The notes beneath the pieces were generated by a model. It saw only the letters and a list, made by a program, of their open reading frames with translations. It was not told the origin of the DNA and searched no databases. Below, piece by piece: positions 12,225 to 20,481 of a stretch of DNA of 64,000 nt. Each line of letters starts with the position of its first letter. The stretch's first letter is position 1. Location: the NCBI GenBank assembly GCA_964530115.1, contig CAZGYD010000143.1, positions 46 to 64,045 of the forward strand. The letters are read 5' to 3'. Origin of the DNA: an uncultured Rhodocyclaceae bacterium. GTDB lineage: Bacteria; Pseudomonadota; Gammaproteobacteria; Burkholderiales; Rhodocyclaceae. The position numbers were made by a program, and so were the translations under genes.

Positions 12225-12869
12225 ATGATTCGCTTCGACCACGTCAGCAAGCGCTACCCGCCGGGTATCGACGCCCTGACGGATGTCAGCTTCGAAATCG
12301 GCAAGGGCGAACTCGTCACCCTCGGTGGTCATTCGGGCGCCGGCAAGTCGACGCTGCTCAAGCTCGTCGCCGGCATCGAGCGGCCGACCGGCGGTGCCGT
12401 GCTGGTCAATGGCCAGAATGTCGGCAGCATGAAAAGGAGCGCCCTGCCCTTCCTCCGCCGCAACATCGGCCTCGTCTTCCAGGACCAGAAGCTGCTCTTC
12501 GACCGCAGCGTCTTCGACAACGTCATGCTGCCGCTTGCCATCGCCGGCTTCCCGCCCGGCGAGGCGAAGCGCCGCGTGCAGGCGGCGCTCGACAAGGTCG
12601 GCCTGCTCGACCGGCAGAAGGCGATGCCCGTGATGCTCTCGGGCGGCGAACAGCAGCGGCTCGCCATCGCCCGCGCCGTCGTCGGCCGGCCGGGTCTGCT
12701 GCTCGCCGACGAGCCGACCGCTCATCTCGACGACGAAACCGCCGCCGATGTGGCGCGCATCTTCCTCGAATTCCGCGAGGTCGGCGTCACCGTGCTCATC
12801 GCCACCTACGACGACCGCCTGTTCGGCGCGCCGCGCCGGCTGAGTCTCGATCACGGGAGGCTCGTATGA
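12225..12869 (+). CDS. ftsE: Cell-division ABC transporter ATP-binding protein FtsE
   Basis: The translation MIRFDHVSKRYPPG... has Walker A GHSGAGKST, the signature LSGGEQQR and Walker B LLLADEP. It sits in the ftsY-ftsE-ftsX order. Confidence 0.9.
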   Translation: MIRFDHVSKRYPPGIDALTDVSFEIGKGELVTLGGHSGAGKSTLLKLVAGIERPTGGAVLVNGQNVGSMKRSALPFLRRNIGLVFQDQKLLFDRSVFDNVMLPLAIAGFPPGEAKRRVQAALDKVGLLDRQKAMPVMLSGGEQQRLAIARAVVGRPGLLLADEPTAHLDDETAADVARIFLEFREVGVTVLIATYDDRLFGAPRRLSLDHGRLV

Positions 12870-13765
12870 GAAGTTGGGCCGCCCAGCACTGGCACGCCTT
12901 CACGCTCGCGCTGCGCCGCCTGGTCGCGACACCGATCAACACCGTGCTGTCGCTGCTCGCCATCGGCATCGCGCTCGCGCTGCCGGCCGGCGGCCAGATG
13001 CTGCTCGCCAACGCGCTTCAGCTCGCGCGCGACGCCGCGCCGACGCCGCAGATCTCGCTGTTCATGGACGTCGGCGCCGACCGCCGCGCGAGCCAGGACA
13101 TCGAAAGCCGGCTGAAGCACCACCCGGGCGTCAAGGCCGTGCGCTTCATCGCCCGCGAGGACACGCTCGCGCGCATGAAGGCGGGCGAGGGGCTCGCCGA
13201 CGTCATCGAGGCGCTGCCGAAGAACCCCTTCCCCGATGCCTTCACCATCACCCCGGCCGACGACGGCCCGCAGGCGATGGAGCAGCTCGCCGCCGAACTG
13301 CGCAAGCTGCCGAAGGTGGAGCACGTGCAGCTCGATTCGGACTGGGTGCGCCGGCTCGATGCGCTGCTCAAGGTCGGCCGCACGGCCATCCTGCTGCTGG
13401 CGCTGCTGCTCGGCGTCGGGCTCGTCGCCATCACCTTCAACACCATCCGCCTGCAGGTGATGGCGAGCCGCGCCGAGATCGAGCTCTCGCGGCTCCTCGG
13501 CGCGACCGACGCCTGGATCCGCCGGCCCTTCCACTACTTCGGCGTGCTCCTCGGCCTCGCCGGAGGTCTGGTCGCCTGGGCCATCGTCGCCGCCGCGACG
13601 CTCTGGCTCGCCGAGCCGATTGGCGAACTCGCGCGGCTCTACAGCTTCGACTTCGCGCTCAAGCCGCTGTCGCTCACCGATTCGCTCGCCCTGCTCGGCG
13701 CCGCCGCCGCGCTCGGCTGGCTCGGCGCCGGGCTGTCGCTACGGCAGCATCTCGGCGCCAGCTGA
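12866..13765 (+). CDS. ftsX: Cell-division permease-like protein FtsX
   Basis: The 299-aa product overlaps the ftsE stop. It has four predicted TM segments and a periplasmic loop. ftsYEX synteny is conserved. Confidence 0.85.
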   Translation: MRSWAAQHWHAFTLALRRLVATPINTVLSLLAIGIALALPAGGQMLLANALQLARDAAPTPQISLFMDVGADRRASQDIESRLKHHPGVKAVRFIAREDTLARMKAGEGLADVIEALPKNPFPDAFTITPADDGPQAMEQLAAELRKLPKVEHVQLDSDWVRRLDALLKVGRTAILLLALLLGVGLVAITFNTIRLQVMASRAEIELSRLLGATDAWIRRPFHYFGVLLGLAGGLVAWAIVAAATLWLAEPIGELARLYSFDFALKPLSLTDSLALLGAAAALGWLGAGLSLRQHLGAS

Positions 13766-13884
13766 GCCAGGCTCAGAGCGACGATCCGCCGCTTCAAAGC
13801 TTTTCGAGTGGCTCGTATCGCCTCTGCTCGCCGCTCGATCACCCCGCTACCAGCCTCGTACCAGCCCCGATGGTGGCGTTGCGC

Positions 13885-13909
13885 TCCATATCTCCATATG
13901 GCTTTTTTT
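13885..13909 (+). terminator. Weak candidate intrinsic terminator after ftsX
   Basis: The sequence CCATAT-ctcc-ATATGG forms a 6-bp AT-rich stem followed by CTTTTTTT. It is the only T-run in this intergenic region. Confidence 0.3.
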
Positions 13910-13933
13910 AATGCCGAGTGCTAGCCTTCGCTC

Positions 13934-14224
13934 ATGGCTCACGCCCGCTTCGATTGGGACCCCGACAAGGACGCCGAAAATCAGAGGAAGCACGGGGTTT
14001 CATTCATCCGGGCCCAATATGCGTTCGCAGACCCACGGCGCGTGATTGCCAAGGATGTCGCCCACAGCCAAACCGAAGAGCGCTTCTATTGCTTTGGCGA
14101 AGTCGATGGCGGCAGCCTGACGGTGCGATTCACTTATCGCGCTTCGGTCATTCGCATCATCGGCGCCGGTTACTGGCGCAAAGGAAAGGCAATCTATGAG
14201 CAGGCGAATCAAATACACCGATGA
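13934..14224 (+). CDS. brnT: BrnT-family (DUF497) toxin
   Basis: The 96-aa product reads FDWDPDKDAENQRKHGVSF...VIRIIGAGYWRKG, typical of BrnT ribonuclease toxins. It overlaps the downstream antitoxin ORF. Confidence 0.8.
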   Translation: MAHARFDWDPDKDAENQRKHGVSFIRAQYAFADPRRVIAKDVAHSQTEERFYCFGEVDGGSLTVRFTYRASVIRIIGAGYWRKGKAIYEQANQIHR

Positions 14225-14501
14225 GCCTCTTGGCGAGGTCAAGGTAGTCCCCGATTTTCTCCCCTCGCCGGCCGAACTGGCGTTCCGCGAGGAGGGCGTC
14301 AAGGTCACACTGGCGCTGAGCAAAAAAAGCGTCGAGTTCTTCAAATCCGAGGCGGCGCGACATCACACGCAATACCAACGCATGATTCGTCGGCTTCTCG
14401 ACGCCTATGTCGATGCTCAGGTCCGAACCCGCGAATCGACGGAGCCGGGTTCCCGCACGCGGGTGAAGGGACGCGGGGAATCGGCGACTTCGGACACTTG
14501 A
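14196..14501 (+). CDS. brnA: BrnA-family (CopG/RHH-like) antitoxin
   Basis: The 101-aa product reads PDFLPSPAELAFREEGVKVTLALSKKSVEFFKSEAARHHTQYQRMIRRLLDAYV. It overlaps brnT by 29 nt. Confidence 0.75.
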   Translation: MSRRIKYTDEPLGEVKVVPDFLPSPAELAFREEGVKVTLALSKKSVEFFKSEAARHHTQYQRMIRRLLDAYVDAQVRTRESTEPGSRTRVKGRGESATSDT

Positions 14502-14610
14502 TTACCCAAGATCATCGCCGGGCATGTCGCCGCGATCGAGCGCAGGCCAATGGCTGCCGTCTGCCACAACCAGCCCCCCAGCCCGCCAATCGGCCAGTCC
14601 GGGACGCCAC

Positions 14611-14661
14611 GAAGGGGCAGTCCCGAGGATGACGGGAGTTAGGGCGTAGCCCCACAAACGG
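14611..14661 (+). repeat. REP-like GC hairpin unit (GGGC-gta-GCCC) with preceding TCCCG/CGGGA hairpin
   Basis: The sequence is GAAGGGGCAGTCCCGAGGATGACGGGAGTTAGGGCGTAGCCCCACAAACGG. It lies between convergent genes and shares GGCAGTCCCG and GCCCCACA with the copies at 53.0 kb. Confidence 0.6.
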
Positions 14662-14730
14662 TGCGAATACGGTGTCGGTTTGCCGCTCAGGCGGCATCTC
14701 GGCGACGTGCGGGCCGCTGGCCCAGCGCGC

Positions 14731-15261
14731 TCATTCGGCGAGCGTCTCCAGCAGCGCGAACAGGCGCGCGTAGAAGTCGGGGTCGGTCACGGTCTCCTGG
14801 CCGACCTTGATCAGCGCTTCGCTGCCCTCCGGGATCGGCAGCGAGATGGAGCCGATGCCGGCGACACTGACGCCGCTGCTCTGGCTGCCCGCCTTCACTT
14901 CGTAGCGCGTCTGGATCGCGCTGGCGAAGACCACGCTGCCCTTCGCCTCGGACATGCAGACGAGCGTGATCTCGAGCTGCATCTGCTGGTTCCGCTTCGG
15001 ATGGAAGTACTTGCTGCCGCGCACGTTTTCCACAGTGGCCGTCTCGATCTGGTAGCCCTGGCTCAGCAGCGCCCGCCGGCCAAGCCGGCAAGCGATGTCG
15101 GGCGCCACCTCGAGCTGGCGCTGGAACGGCGACTGCGGCACGAACTCCTCCAGCGTGTAGACCGGCGGCGCCTTGGGCGACGAGCTGCAGCCGCCGACGA
15201 GGGCGAGCAGTCCGCAGCATGCCGCCACGGGGAAGGATCTGGCGAATCGCGACATCGGCAA
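14731..15261 (-). CDS. Hypothetical lipoprotein
   Basis: The 176-aa product has a signal peptide and lipobox LALVGGCSSS. I do not recognise a family with confidence; it is possibly DUF2242-like. Confidence 0.6.
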   Translation of the reverse strand: MPMSRFARSFPVAACCGLLALVGGCSSSPKAPPVYTLEEFVPQSPFQRQLEVAPDIACRLGRRALLSQGYQIETATVENVRGSKYFHPKRNQQMQLEITLVCMSEAKGSVVFASAIQTRYEVKAGSQSSGVSVAGIGSISLPIPEGSEALIKVGQETVTDPDFYARLFALLETLAE

Positions 15262-15370
15262 CGTCGGCGCCCCTACCGGCGCCCCCGGATTGGAGATGCT
15301 TGGATTTTACGGGATCGGCACATCAGGCCGGCGTCCGTCGCCGGCACACGGCACGAAGCGACCCGCGGCC

Positions 15371-15393
15371 GGCGTGTTACGACGGCTGAGTTT
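15371..15393 (+). repeat. 23-nt dispersed motif copy
   Basis: GGCGTGTTACGACGGCTGAGTTT. It is intergenic, between the TonB-dependent receptor and the lipoprotein gene. Confidence 0.95.
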
Positions 15394-15467
15394 CGGAACC
15401 GCCAATGAAAAAGCCCCGCCGGGGCGGGGCCTTCGAACACCGGGTGGAGCGCTCTGCGAACGCGGGC

Positions 15468-17732
15468 TCAGAACTTGACGGTCACGCCGGCATAGAGCGA
15501 GCGGCCCGGGCCGGGCACCGCCGTGCCCCACTGCGGGTAGTTGGGCAGCGCCGGGTTGGTCATGGTCGTGCCCTGGCCGACGTAGGCACCGCCGGTCGGC
15601 AGGTAGTAGAGCTTGTCGAACAGGTTCTCGACGCCGAAATCGACGCGCGCCTGCTTCCACGCATAGCTCGCACGCAGGTTGACGAGGCCGTAGCCCGGCG
15701 TCCTGATCTCGTTGCGGACCTTCGAGACGTCCGTCTTCGCCTTGACCGCGACGACCTCGATGCCGTTGTCCCAGCCGCCGAGCCGGTGCGTGAGCGTCAG
15801 CCGGCCGTTCAAGGGCATGATGTTGTAGAGCCCGTCATTGGTGTCGAGGTTCCTGCCGTTCGTGTAATTGACGAGACCCTTGAGCCCGAACTCGCCGGCG
15901 CCGGTCTTCGCCAGCGGCATCTTGCCGGAGAGATCGATGCCGTAGAGCCTCGCCGACTGGTTCATGTACTTGAGCACCGAGAAGCCGTTCACCACCGGTG
16001 TCGTCGCCGGCGCGTTGGTCGTGGCGTTCCACTGCACGGCGTCGATGTAATCGGAAACGCGCGTGTAGTAGGGCGTGGCCTTGAACTCCCAGCCGCGGTC
16101 GGCCGCGTGCCAGTCGAAGGTGGCCGAGAGCGTGTTGGCCTTCTCGGCCTTAAGGTCGAGATTGCCGACGTAGCCGTTGCCGTCGCCGACGAAGTTGTTC
16201 ATCAGCGCCGCCATCTGCCAGGTCGACCACGGATAGAGCTCGTAGAGGCTTGGCGCGCGCTCCTTGTGGGCGAAGCCGAACTCGATCTCCTGCGTCGCGC
16301 TCATCGCGTAGCGGGCGAGCAGCGTCAGGTCCGTGTTGTTGAACGTGCGCTCGTGGCTCTGCGCGTTGAAGAGGTTGGCATCGCGGCCCTGGTTGCCGCC
16401 GCCGGCCGGGTTGTAGCCGACGGCCGTGCCCGCATCGCTCGTCACGCGCTCGTAGCGCAAGCCGGCGAGCGTCATCCACTGCGGGCTGAAGCGCGCCTCC
16501 CATTCGCCGAAGAGCGCCGCGCGGTTGCGCTCGCCGTCCTTGATGTTCCAGAAGGTGCCCGGCCACATGCCGCCGCCGGAGGGCGGCCACCAGTCGTCGA
16601 GCCGGTAGCGATGCAGTTCCATGCCCGTGCGCAGCAGGTCGCGCTGCGAGAGCGGCAGTTCCGCCTTGACGGTCGCGCCGGTCGTCGTGCTCTCGGTGTA
16701 CATCGGCATGCCCGCCGCGCAGGTCGGCCCGAGCGGCGAGCAGGGCGTGCCGTTCAACGCGGTGGGGCCGCCCGAGGCCGAGCCGTACCAGTAGCGCTTG
16801 TCGGCGCCGAAGTCCATGAAGTGGTCGACCTTCTCGTGATACACGCGCGCGTCGAGCCGGCCCCAGTCGAAGGCGCCGAGGTAGCGCAGGTTCACCTTGG
16901 TGCTTTCGTTGTCGAGCATGTCCATGCGCTGGTTCGGCCAGAGCTGGTAGGGCATGTCCTGGTAATTGACCTTCGCCTCGACGAGATGGCTGCCGCCGCG
17001 GAACGCCGCGCCCAGCGTGTGGTTGCGCGTCTTGTAGGCGGTCGAGCCGACTTCGTCGCGATCGAGCGTGCGGTCGGCACGCCCCGTGAACGTGTAGTTC
17101 TTGAAGTCGCCGCCGGCCTTGTAGTTCTCGGACTCGGCCGTCGCGCCGGCGTAACTCAGGCTGAACGACTCGGTGGCGTAGGTGGCGCCGAGGTTGGCGC
17201 CCCAGGCGTCGCCGTTGCTCCGGTAGAAGGCGCCGGCCTCGCCCTTGGCGAGGCTGCCCTGGCCGGGCGCCGCAAACACCGGTGGCGCGCTCTCGACCGC
17301 GATGGTGCCGCCGATCGAATCGCCGCCGGCCGACACAGGCGAGATGCCGGCCCAGACGCTGATCGCGGCGACCTGGCTCGGATCGATGTAGGAGAGCGGC
17401 GTGTTCATGTGGTTCGGGCAGGCCGCGTAGAGGTCCATGCCATCGACCTTGATGCGCAGCCGCTCGTCGGCGAGGCCATGGACGACCGGCAGCGAGGAGA
17501 CGCCGCCGGCACCGTAGAGCGAGACGCCGGGCACGTCGCGCAGCAGCGTGGCGGTGTCGCTGGTCGCCGCGCGCATGCGCGTGACGTCCGCGCTCTCGAC
17601 CTTCTCCGGCCGGGCGGCCTCGTCGATCTTCGCCCCGGTGACGACGACTTCGGACAAGTTCCTTTCCTGCGCATGGAGCGCGAAGGGCATGGCCGCGATG
17701 GCCAGCGCGAGCGGGAGTTTGCGGGTGTTCAT
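15468..17732 (-). CDS. TonB-dependent outer-membrane receptor
   Basis: The 754-aa product has a signal peptide, the plug motifs EVVVTG and DTATLLRDVPGVS, and a C-terminal aromatic residue (...YAGVTVKF). Confidence 0.9.
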   Translation of the reverse strand: MNTRKLPLALAIAAMPFALHAQERNLSEVVVTGAKIDEAARPEKVESADVTRMRAATSDTATLLRDVPGVSLYGAGGVSSLPVVHGLADERLRIKVDGMDLYAACPNHMNTPLSYIDPSQVAAISVWAGISPVSAGGDSIGGTIAVESAPPVFAAPGQGSLAKGEAGAFYRSNGDAWGANLGATYATESFSLSYAGATAESENYKAGGDFKNYTFTGRADRTLDRDEVGSTAYKTRNHTLGAAFRGGSHLVEAKVNYQDMPYQLWPNQRMDMLDNESTKVNLRYLGAFDWGRLDARVYHEKVDHFMDFGADKRYWYGSASGGPTALNGTPCSPLGPTCAAGMPMYTESTTTGATVKAELPLSQRDLLRTGMELHRYRLDDWWPPSGGGMWPGTFWNIKDGERNRAALFGEWEARFSPQWMTLAGLRYERVTSDAGTAVGYNPAGGGNQGRDANLFNAQSHERTFNNTDLTLLARYAMSATQEIEFGFAHKERAPSLYELYPWSTWQMAALMNNFVGDGNGYVGNLDLKAEKANTLSATFDWHAADRGWEFKATPYYTRVSDYIDAVQWNATTNAPATTPVVNGFSVLKYMNQSARLYGIDLSGKMPLAKTGAGEFGLKGLVNYTNGRNLDTNDGLYNIMPLNGRLTLTHRLGGWDNGIEVVAVKAKTDVSKVRNEIRTPGYGLVNLRASYAWKQARVDFGVENLFDKLYYLPTGGAYVGQGTTMTNPALPNYPQWGTAVPGPGRSLYAGVTVKF

Positions 17733-17793
17733 GATGTCGGAGGATGAAGTGAAATGAGTGACGGGAATTCTAGGAAGCGGTCTCTCGCGGCTC

Positions 17794-17812
17794 GTGCGAC
17801 ACGTTGTCGCAC
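17794..17812. promoter_or_regulatory. Palindromic operator candidate, GTGCGACA-cgt-TGTCGCAC
   Basis: The arms are a perfect 8 bp. The site lies 62 nt upstream of the TonB-dependent receptor ATG (17732) and just upstream of a minus-strand TAGAAT -10-like hexamer (17767-17772). Confidence 0.6.
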
Positions 17813-17846
17813 GCGGGCGGAAATCCGCATCGGCGCTTGACGACGA

Positions 17847-18539
17847 TCAAGCGATCGAGAATGCCAGCGCCAACCGGCGAAGGCCGAGGACGATCAGCAC
17901 GCCCGCCGCCGCGAGATTGAGCCAGCGCGCGAGCCACGGCCGGCCGACGCGCAGCTCGCGGCCCAGACGTCCCGCGAGCGGCACGAGGACGAGCAGCGGC
18001 GTCATCGCCGCGCCGAGGCCGAAGGCGAGCCCGTACGCCGCGCCCTGCGCGAGGCCGCCGGCCTGCGCCGCGAGCGCGAGCAGCGAGGCGAGCGGCACGC
18101 AGGGCGTGAGCGACAGCGCGGCGCCGAGGAAGAGCGGCGGCAGGCCATCGCGCCGGCGATGGAAGCGGAGCGGTTGAGCCGCGCCAAGACTCAGCCGTGG
18201 TAACACGCCAGCGCATCGCCGGGGCGACCGCAAGAGCCACAGCCCGGCCGCGATACTGGCGCCGCCGATGGCGACGTTGCCCCAGGCGCCGCCCAAGGCT
18301 TGCGTCAGCCCGGCACCGACGCCGGCCGCGAGCGTCGCGAGCAGCGTGTAGGTGGCGATGCGACCGGCGAGGAAGATGCCCGTGTGCACGAAGGCTTCGC
18401 TCCGCCCGCTCGCGCGGCCGAGCGCCCAGGTGCCCATGAACGGCAGGCAGGTCACCGTGCAGGCCGTGAGCCCCATCGAGACGCCGAGGAGCCAGATGGT
18501 CGCCAGCGTCACCTGGCCGGCAGCGAGCGCGTCAGGCAT
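17847..18539 (-). CDS. DsbD_2/CcdA-like multi-pass membrane protein (cysteine pair in TM1)
   Basis: The 230-aa product has about 6 TM segments and LTACTVTCLPF near the N-terminus. Its start overlaps the stop of the upstream 4Fe-4S gene. The central loop contains a 23-nt motif copy. Confidence 0.6.
   Translation of the reverse strand: MPDALAAGQVTLATIWLLGVSMGLTACTVTCLPFMGTWALGRASGRSEAFVHTGIFLAGRIATYTLLATLAAGVGAGLTQALGGAWGNVAIGGASIAAGLWLLRSPRRCAGVLPRLSLGAAQPLRFHRRRDGLPPLFLGAALSLTPCVPLASLLALAAQAGGLAQGAAYGLAFGLGAAMTPLLVLVPLAGRLGRELRVGRPWLARWLNLAAAGVLIVLGLRRLALAFSIA
18187..18209 (-). repeat. 23-nt dispersed motif copy (22/23)
   Basis: The plus strand reads AGACTCAGCCGTGGTAACACGCC. It lies inside the DsbD_2-like gene and encodes GVLPRLSL in the central loop. 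Confidence 0.9.
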
Positions 18540-19593
18540 CGGCGGAGCGGACGTTCCCGCGCTTGACGAACCTGACCGGCTTCACCATGCCATCGGGCAG
18601 TTCGCCCTTGACGCGCCGCTTGTAGTAGTCGCGGCTCGACGAGAAGACGGCCCACGGCCCCCACTTGAGGCTGATGACGCCGTCCTGCGGACAATACTCG
18701 GCGCAGCGCCCGCAGAGCGTGCAGTCCTCGTTGTAGGCCTTGCGCCCGGCCTGCTGCGAGATCTCGGGGATGTCCATCGGGCAGGCGTCGGTGCAGATGT
18801 GGCACTTGCCGCACTGCTCGGCGCTCGGCTTGGCGAGCCGCATCGGCGAGAGCCGCTGGAACAGGGCGTTGAACGACAGCAGCGGACAGATGCGGCAGAA
18901 CGGCTGGCGGATGGCGAGCGCGCCGACGACGGTGAAGCCGACGAGCACGTTCGCGATCGCGCCGAGCGCGAAGCTCCAGCCGTCGCCGGTGCGCAGCGCG
19001 AGCTGCTCCGTGTCGCCCGTCAGTAGCGTCGTCGCGACCCGCGACGGACAGACGTCGCAGTAGGGATTGCCGAGCGAATGCGGCGTGACACCGAGGCCTG
19101 TCAAGAGCGGCAGCAGGAAGACCAGCGCGAGCAGCATCAGCCACTTGACCGGCCGCACGCGCCTTGTCTCGACGAGGTCGCCCTTCTGGAAGCGGCGCAG
19201 ATCGATGCCGAAGCGGCGGCCGACCCGGCCGATCCACTCCTGGATCGTGCCGAGCGGGCAGACCCAGCCGCAGAAGGCCTTGCCGATGACGAAGAAGAAG
19301 GCGAAGAAGCTCAGGAGCGTCATCAAGAGCGGCAGGACCATCTGGAAGGTGAGCTGCTGCGCGCGGACGATCGCCTCGCCGACGCGGTGATGCAGCTGGT
19401 GCTGCGTCGGCACGAGCACGCAGTAGGCGGCGTTCTGCTTGTCGTAGGCGCACGAGAGGGCCGGCAGCGCGCCGCTGATCTTCTCGGCCGAATAGTGGCC
19501 GACGATGCTGCTGCCATAGACGGTCAAAAGGAGCATCAAGAGCTGGACGACGAAGCGCAGCCGGCCCAGGGTGGGGAAAAGCGCCTTAAGCAT
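18532..19593 (-). CDS. NapH/MauN/CcoG-like membrane-bound 4Fe-4S protein
   Basis: The likely start MLKALFPTLG is at 19593. The product has TM segments and the Cys motifs CGWVCPLG, CDVCPSRV, CRICPL, CGKCHICTDACP and CTLCGRCAEYCP. Confidence 0.7.
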   Translation of the reverse strand: MLKALFPTLGRLRFVVQLLMLLLTVYGSSIVGHYSAEKISGALPALSCAYDKQNAAYCVLVPTQHQLHHRVGEAIVRAQQLTFQMVLPLLMTLLSFFAFFFVIGKAFCGWVCPLGTIQEWIGRVGRRFGIDLRRFQKGDLVETRRVRPVKWLMLLALVFLLPLLTGLGVTPHSLGNPYCDVCPSRVATTLLTGDTEQLALRTGDGWSFALGAIANVLVGFTVVGALAIRQPFCRICPLLSFNALFQRLSPMRLAKPSAEQCGKCHICTDACPMDIPEISQQAGRKAYNEDCTLCGRCAEYCPQDGVISLKWGPWAVFSSSRDYYKRRVKGELPDGMVKPVRFVKRGNVRSADA

Positions 19594-20470
19594 GGTTCGT
19601 CTCCGCAGACTCAGCCGTGGTGGCACGCCGGCGCAACAGGGGCAGCGCCGCGATCATGCCGACCAGCCCGAACGCCGCGCCCCAGCCGAGGCTGCGGTCG
19701 CGGTCCGGGTCCGGCGAGTAGCCGTAGTTGAAGGCCGTGAGGTAGCGCCGGCCGGAATCTTCCTTCTCGGTGGCAAGCACGAATTTCGCGCGGCGCGGGC
19801 CGCCGTGGCCGCCCGGCTCGCCTTCGCGCGGCGGGCGAAAGTCGCGGGGAAAGACGACCATCGCGTAGCCTTCGGCGTTCGTGAGCACGCTCGACCGGCT
19901 GCCGAACTCGGTTTCCATGACCAGCGGCTGGTTCGCGAGCGGCCTGCCCTGCCAGCGGACGAGGAAGCGCCACTTTTCGCTTTCCCGGTAGTTGCCGTGT
20001 TCCCTCGGCAGCGGATCGGGGATGATCTCGAGCTCGTGGCGCGATTGCGCGAGCAGCGCCGTGGGCGCCTCGCCGGGATTGCTGAAGTACCAGGCGGTGG
20101 AGGCCACGCGCACCTCGGCATCGGACTCCTGACGCGCGATCACCCAGTGGTAGTTGCCGACCCGCGGCGCGGCCGACTGGAACTTTGCGCCCTCGGGGCC
20201 GACGGGATAGGCGACACGCTTTCGCTCTTCTGGCCCGTCGGCCGCGAAGACGACGATCTCGCCGGCCTCGATGCCGACGGGCCGCACGGCGGCACTGGCG
20301 CGGTCGCCGCGCTGGCCCATGACCGGCACGAGCAGCGGCTGCTTCGTCCATTCGCGCGCGGCCGGCCGTGCGGGCGGCGGCGCGGCCTGCGCCATGGCCG
20401 CATGATCGTGCTGCGCGTGGGCGGGCGCTCCGCACAGGACGAGGAGCGCGATGAAACTCAGCCGTCGCAT
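19586..20470 (-). CDS. DUF4198-like (NikM-like) periplasmic protein with C-terminal TM anchor
   Basis: The 294-aa product has a signal peptide MRRLSFIALLVLCGAPAHA and a beta-rich body, and follows a TonB-dependent receptor gene. The family assignment is tentative. Confidence 0.5.
   Translation of the reverse strand: MRRLSFIALLVLCGAPAHAQHDHAAMAQAAPPPARPAAREWTKQPLLVPVMGQRGDRASAAVRPVGIEAGEIVVFAADGPEERKRVAYPVGPEGAKFQSAAPRVGNYHWVIARQESDAEVRVASTAWYFSNPGEAPTALLAQSRHELEIIPDPLPREHGNYRESEKWRFLVRWQGRPLANQPLVMETEFGSRSSVLTNAEGYAMVVFPRDFRPPREGEPGGHGGPRRAKFVLATEKEDSGRRYLTAFNYGYSPDPDRDRSLGWGAAFGLVGMIAALPLLRRRATTAESAETNHA
19607..19629 (-). repeat. 23-nt dispersed motif copy (CC variant, 22/23)
   Basis: The plus strand reads AGACTCAGCCGTGGTGGCACGCC. 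It encodes the C-terminal tail RRATTAES of the DUF4198-like gene, 14 nt upstream of the next gene's ATG. Confidence 0.9.
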
Positions 20471-20476
20471 GACGCC
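20454..20476 (-). repeat. 23-nt dispersed motif copy (20/23)
   Basis: The plus strand reads AAACTCAGCCGTCGCATGACGCC. It contains the ATG and first codons (MRRLSF) of the DUF4198-like gene. Confidence 0.8.
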
Positions 20477-20481
20477 GTCTC

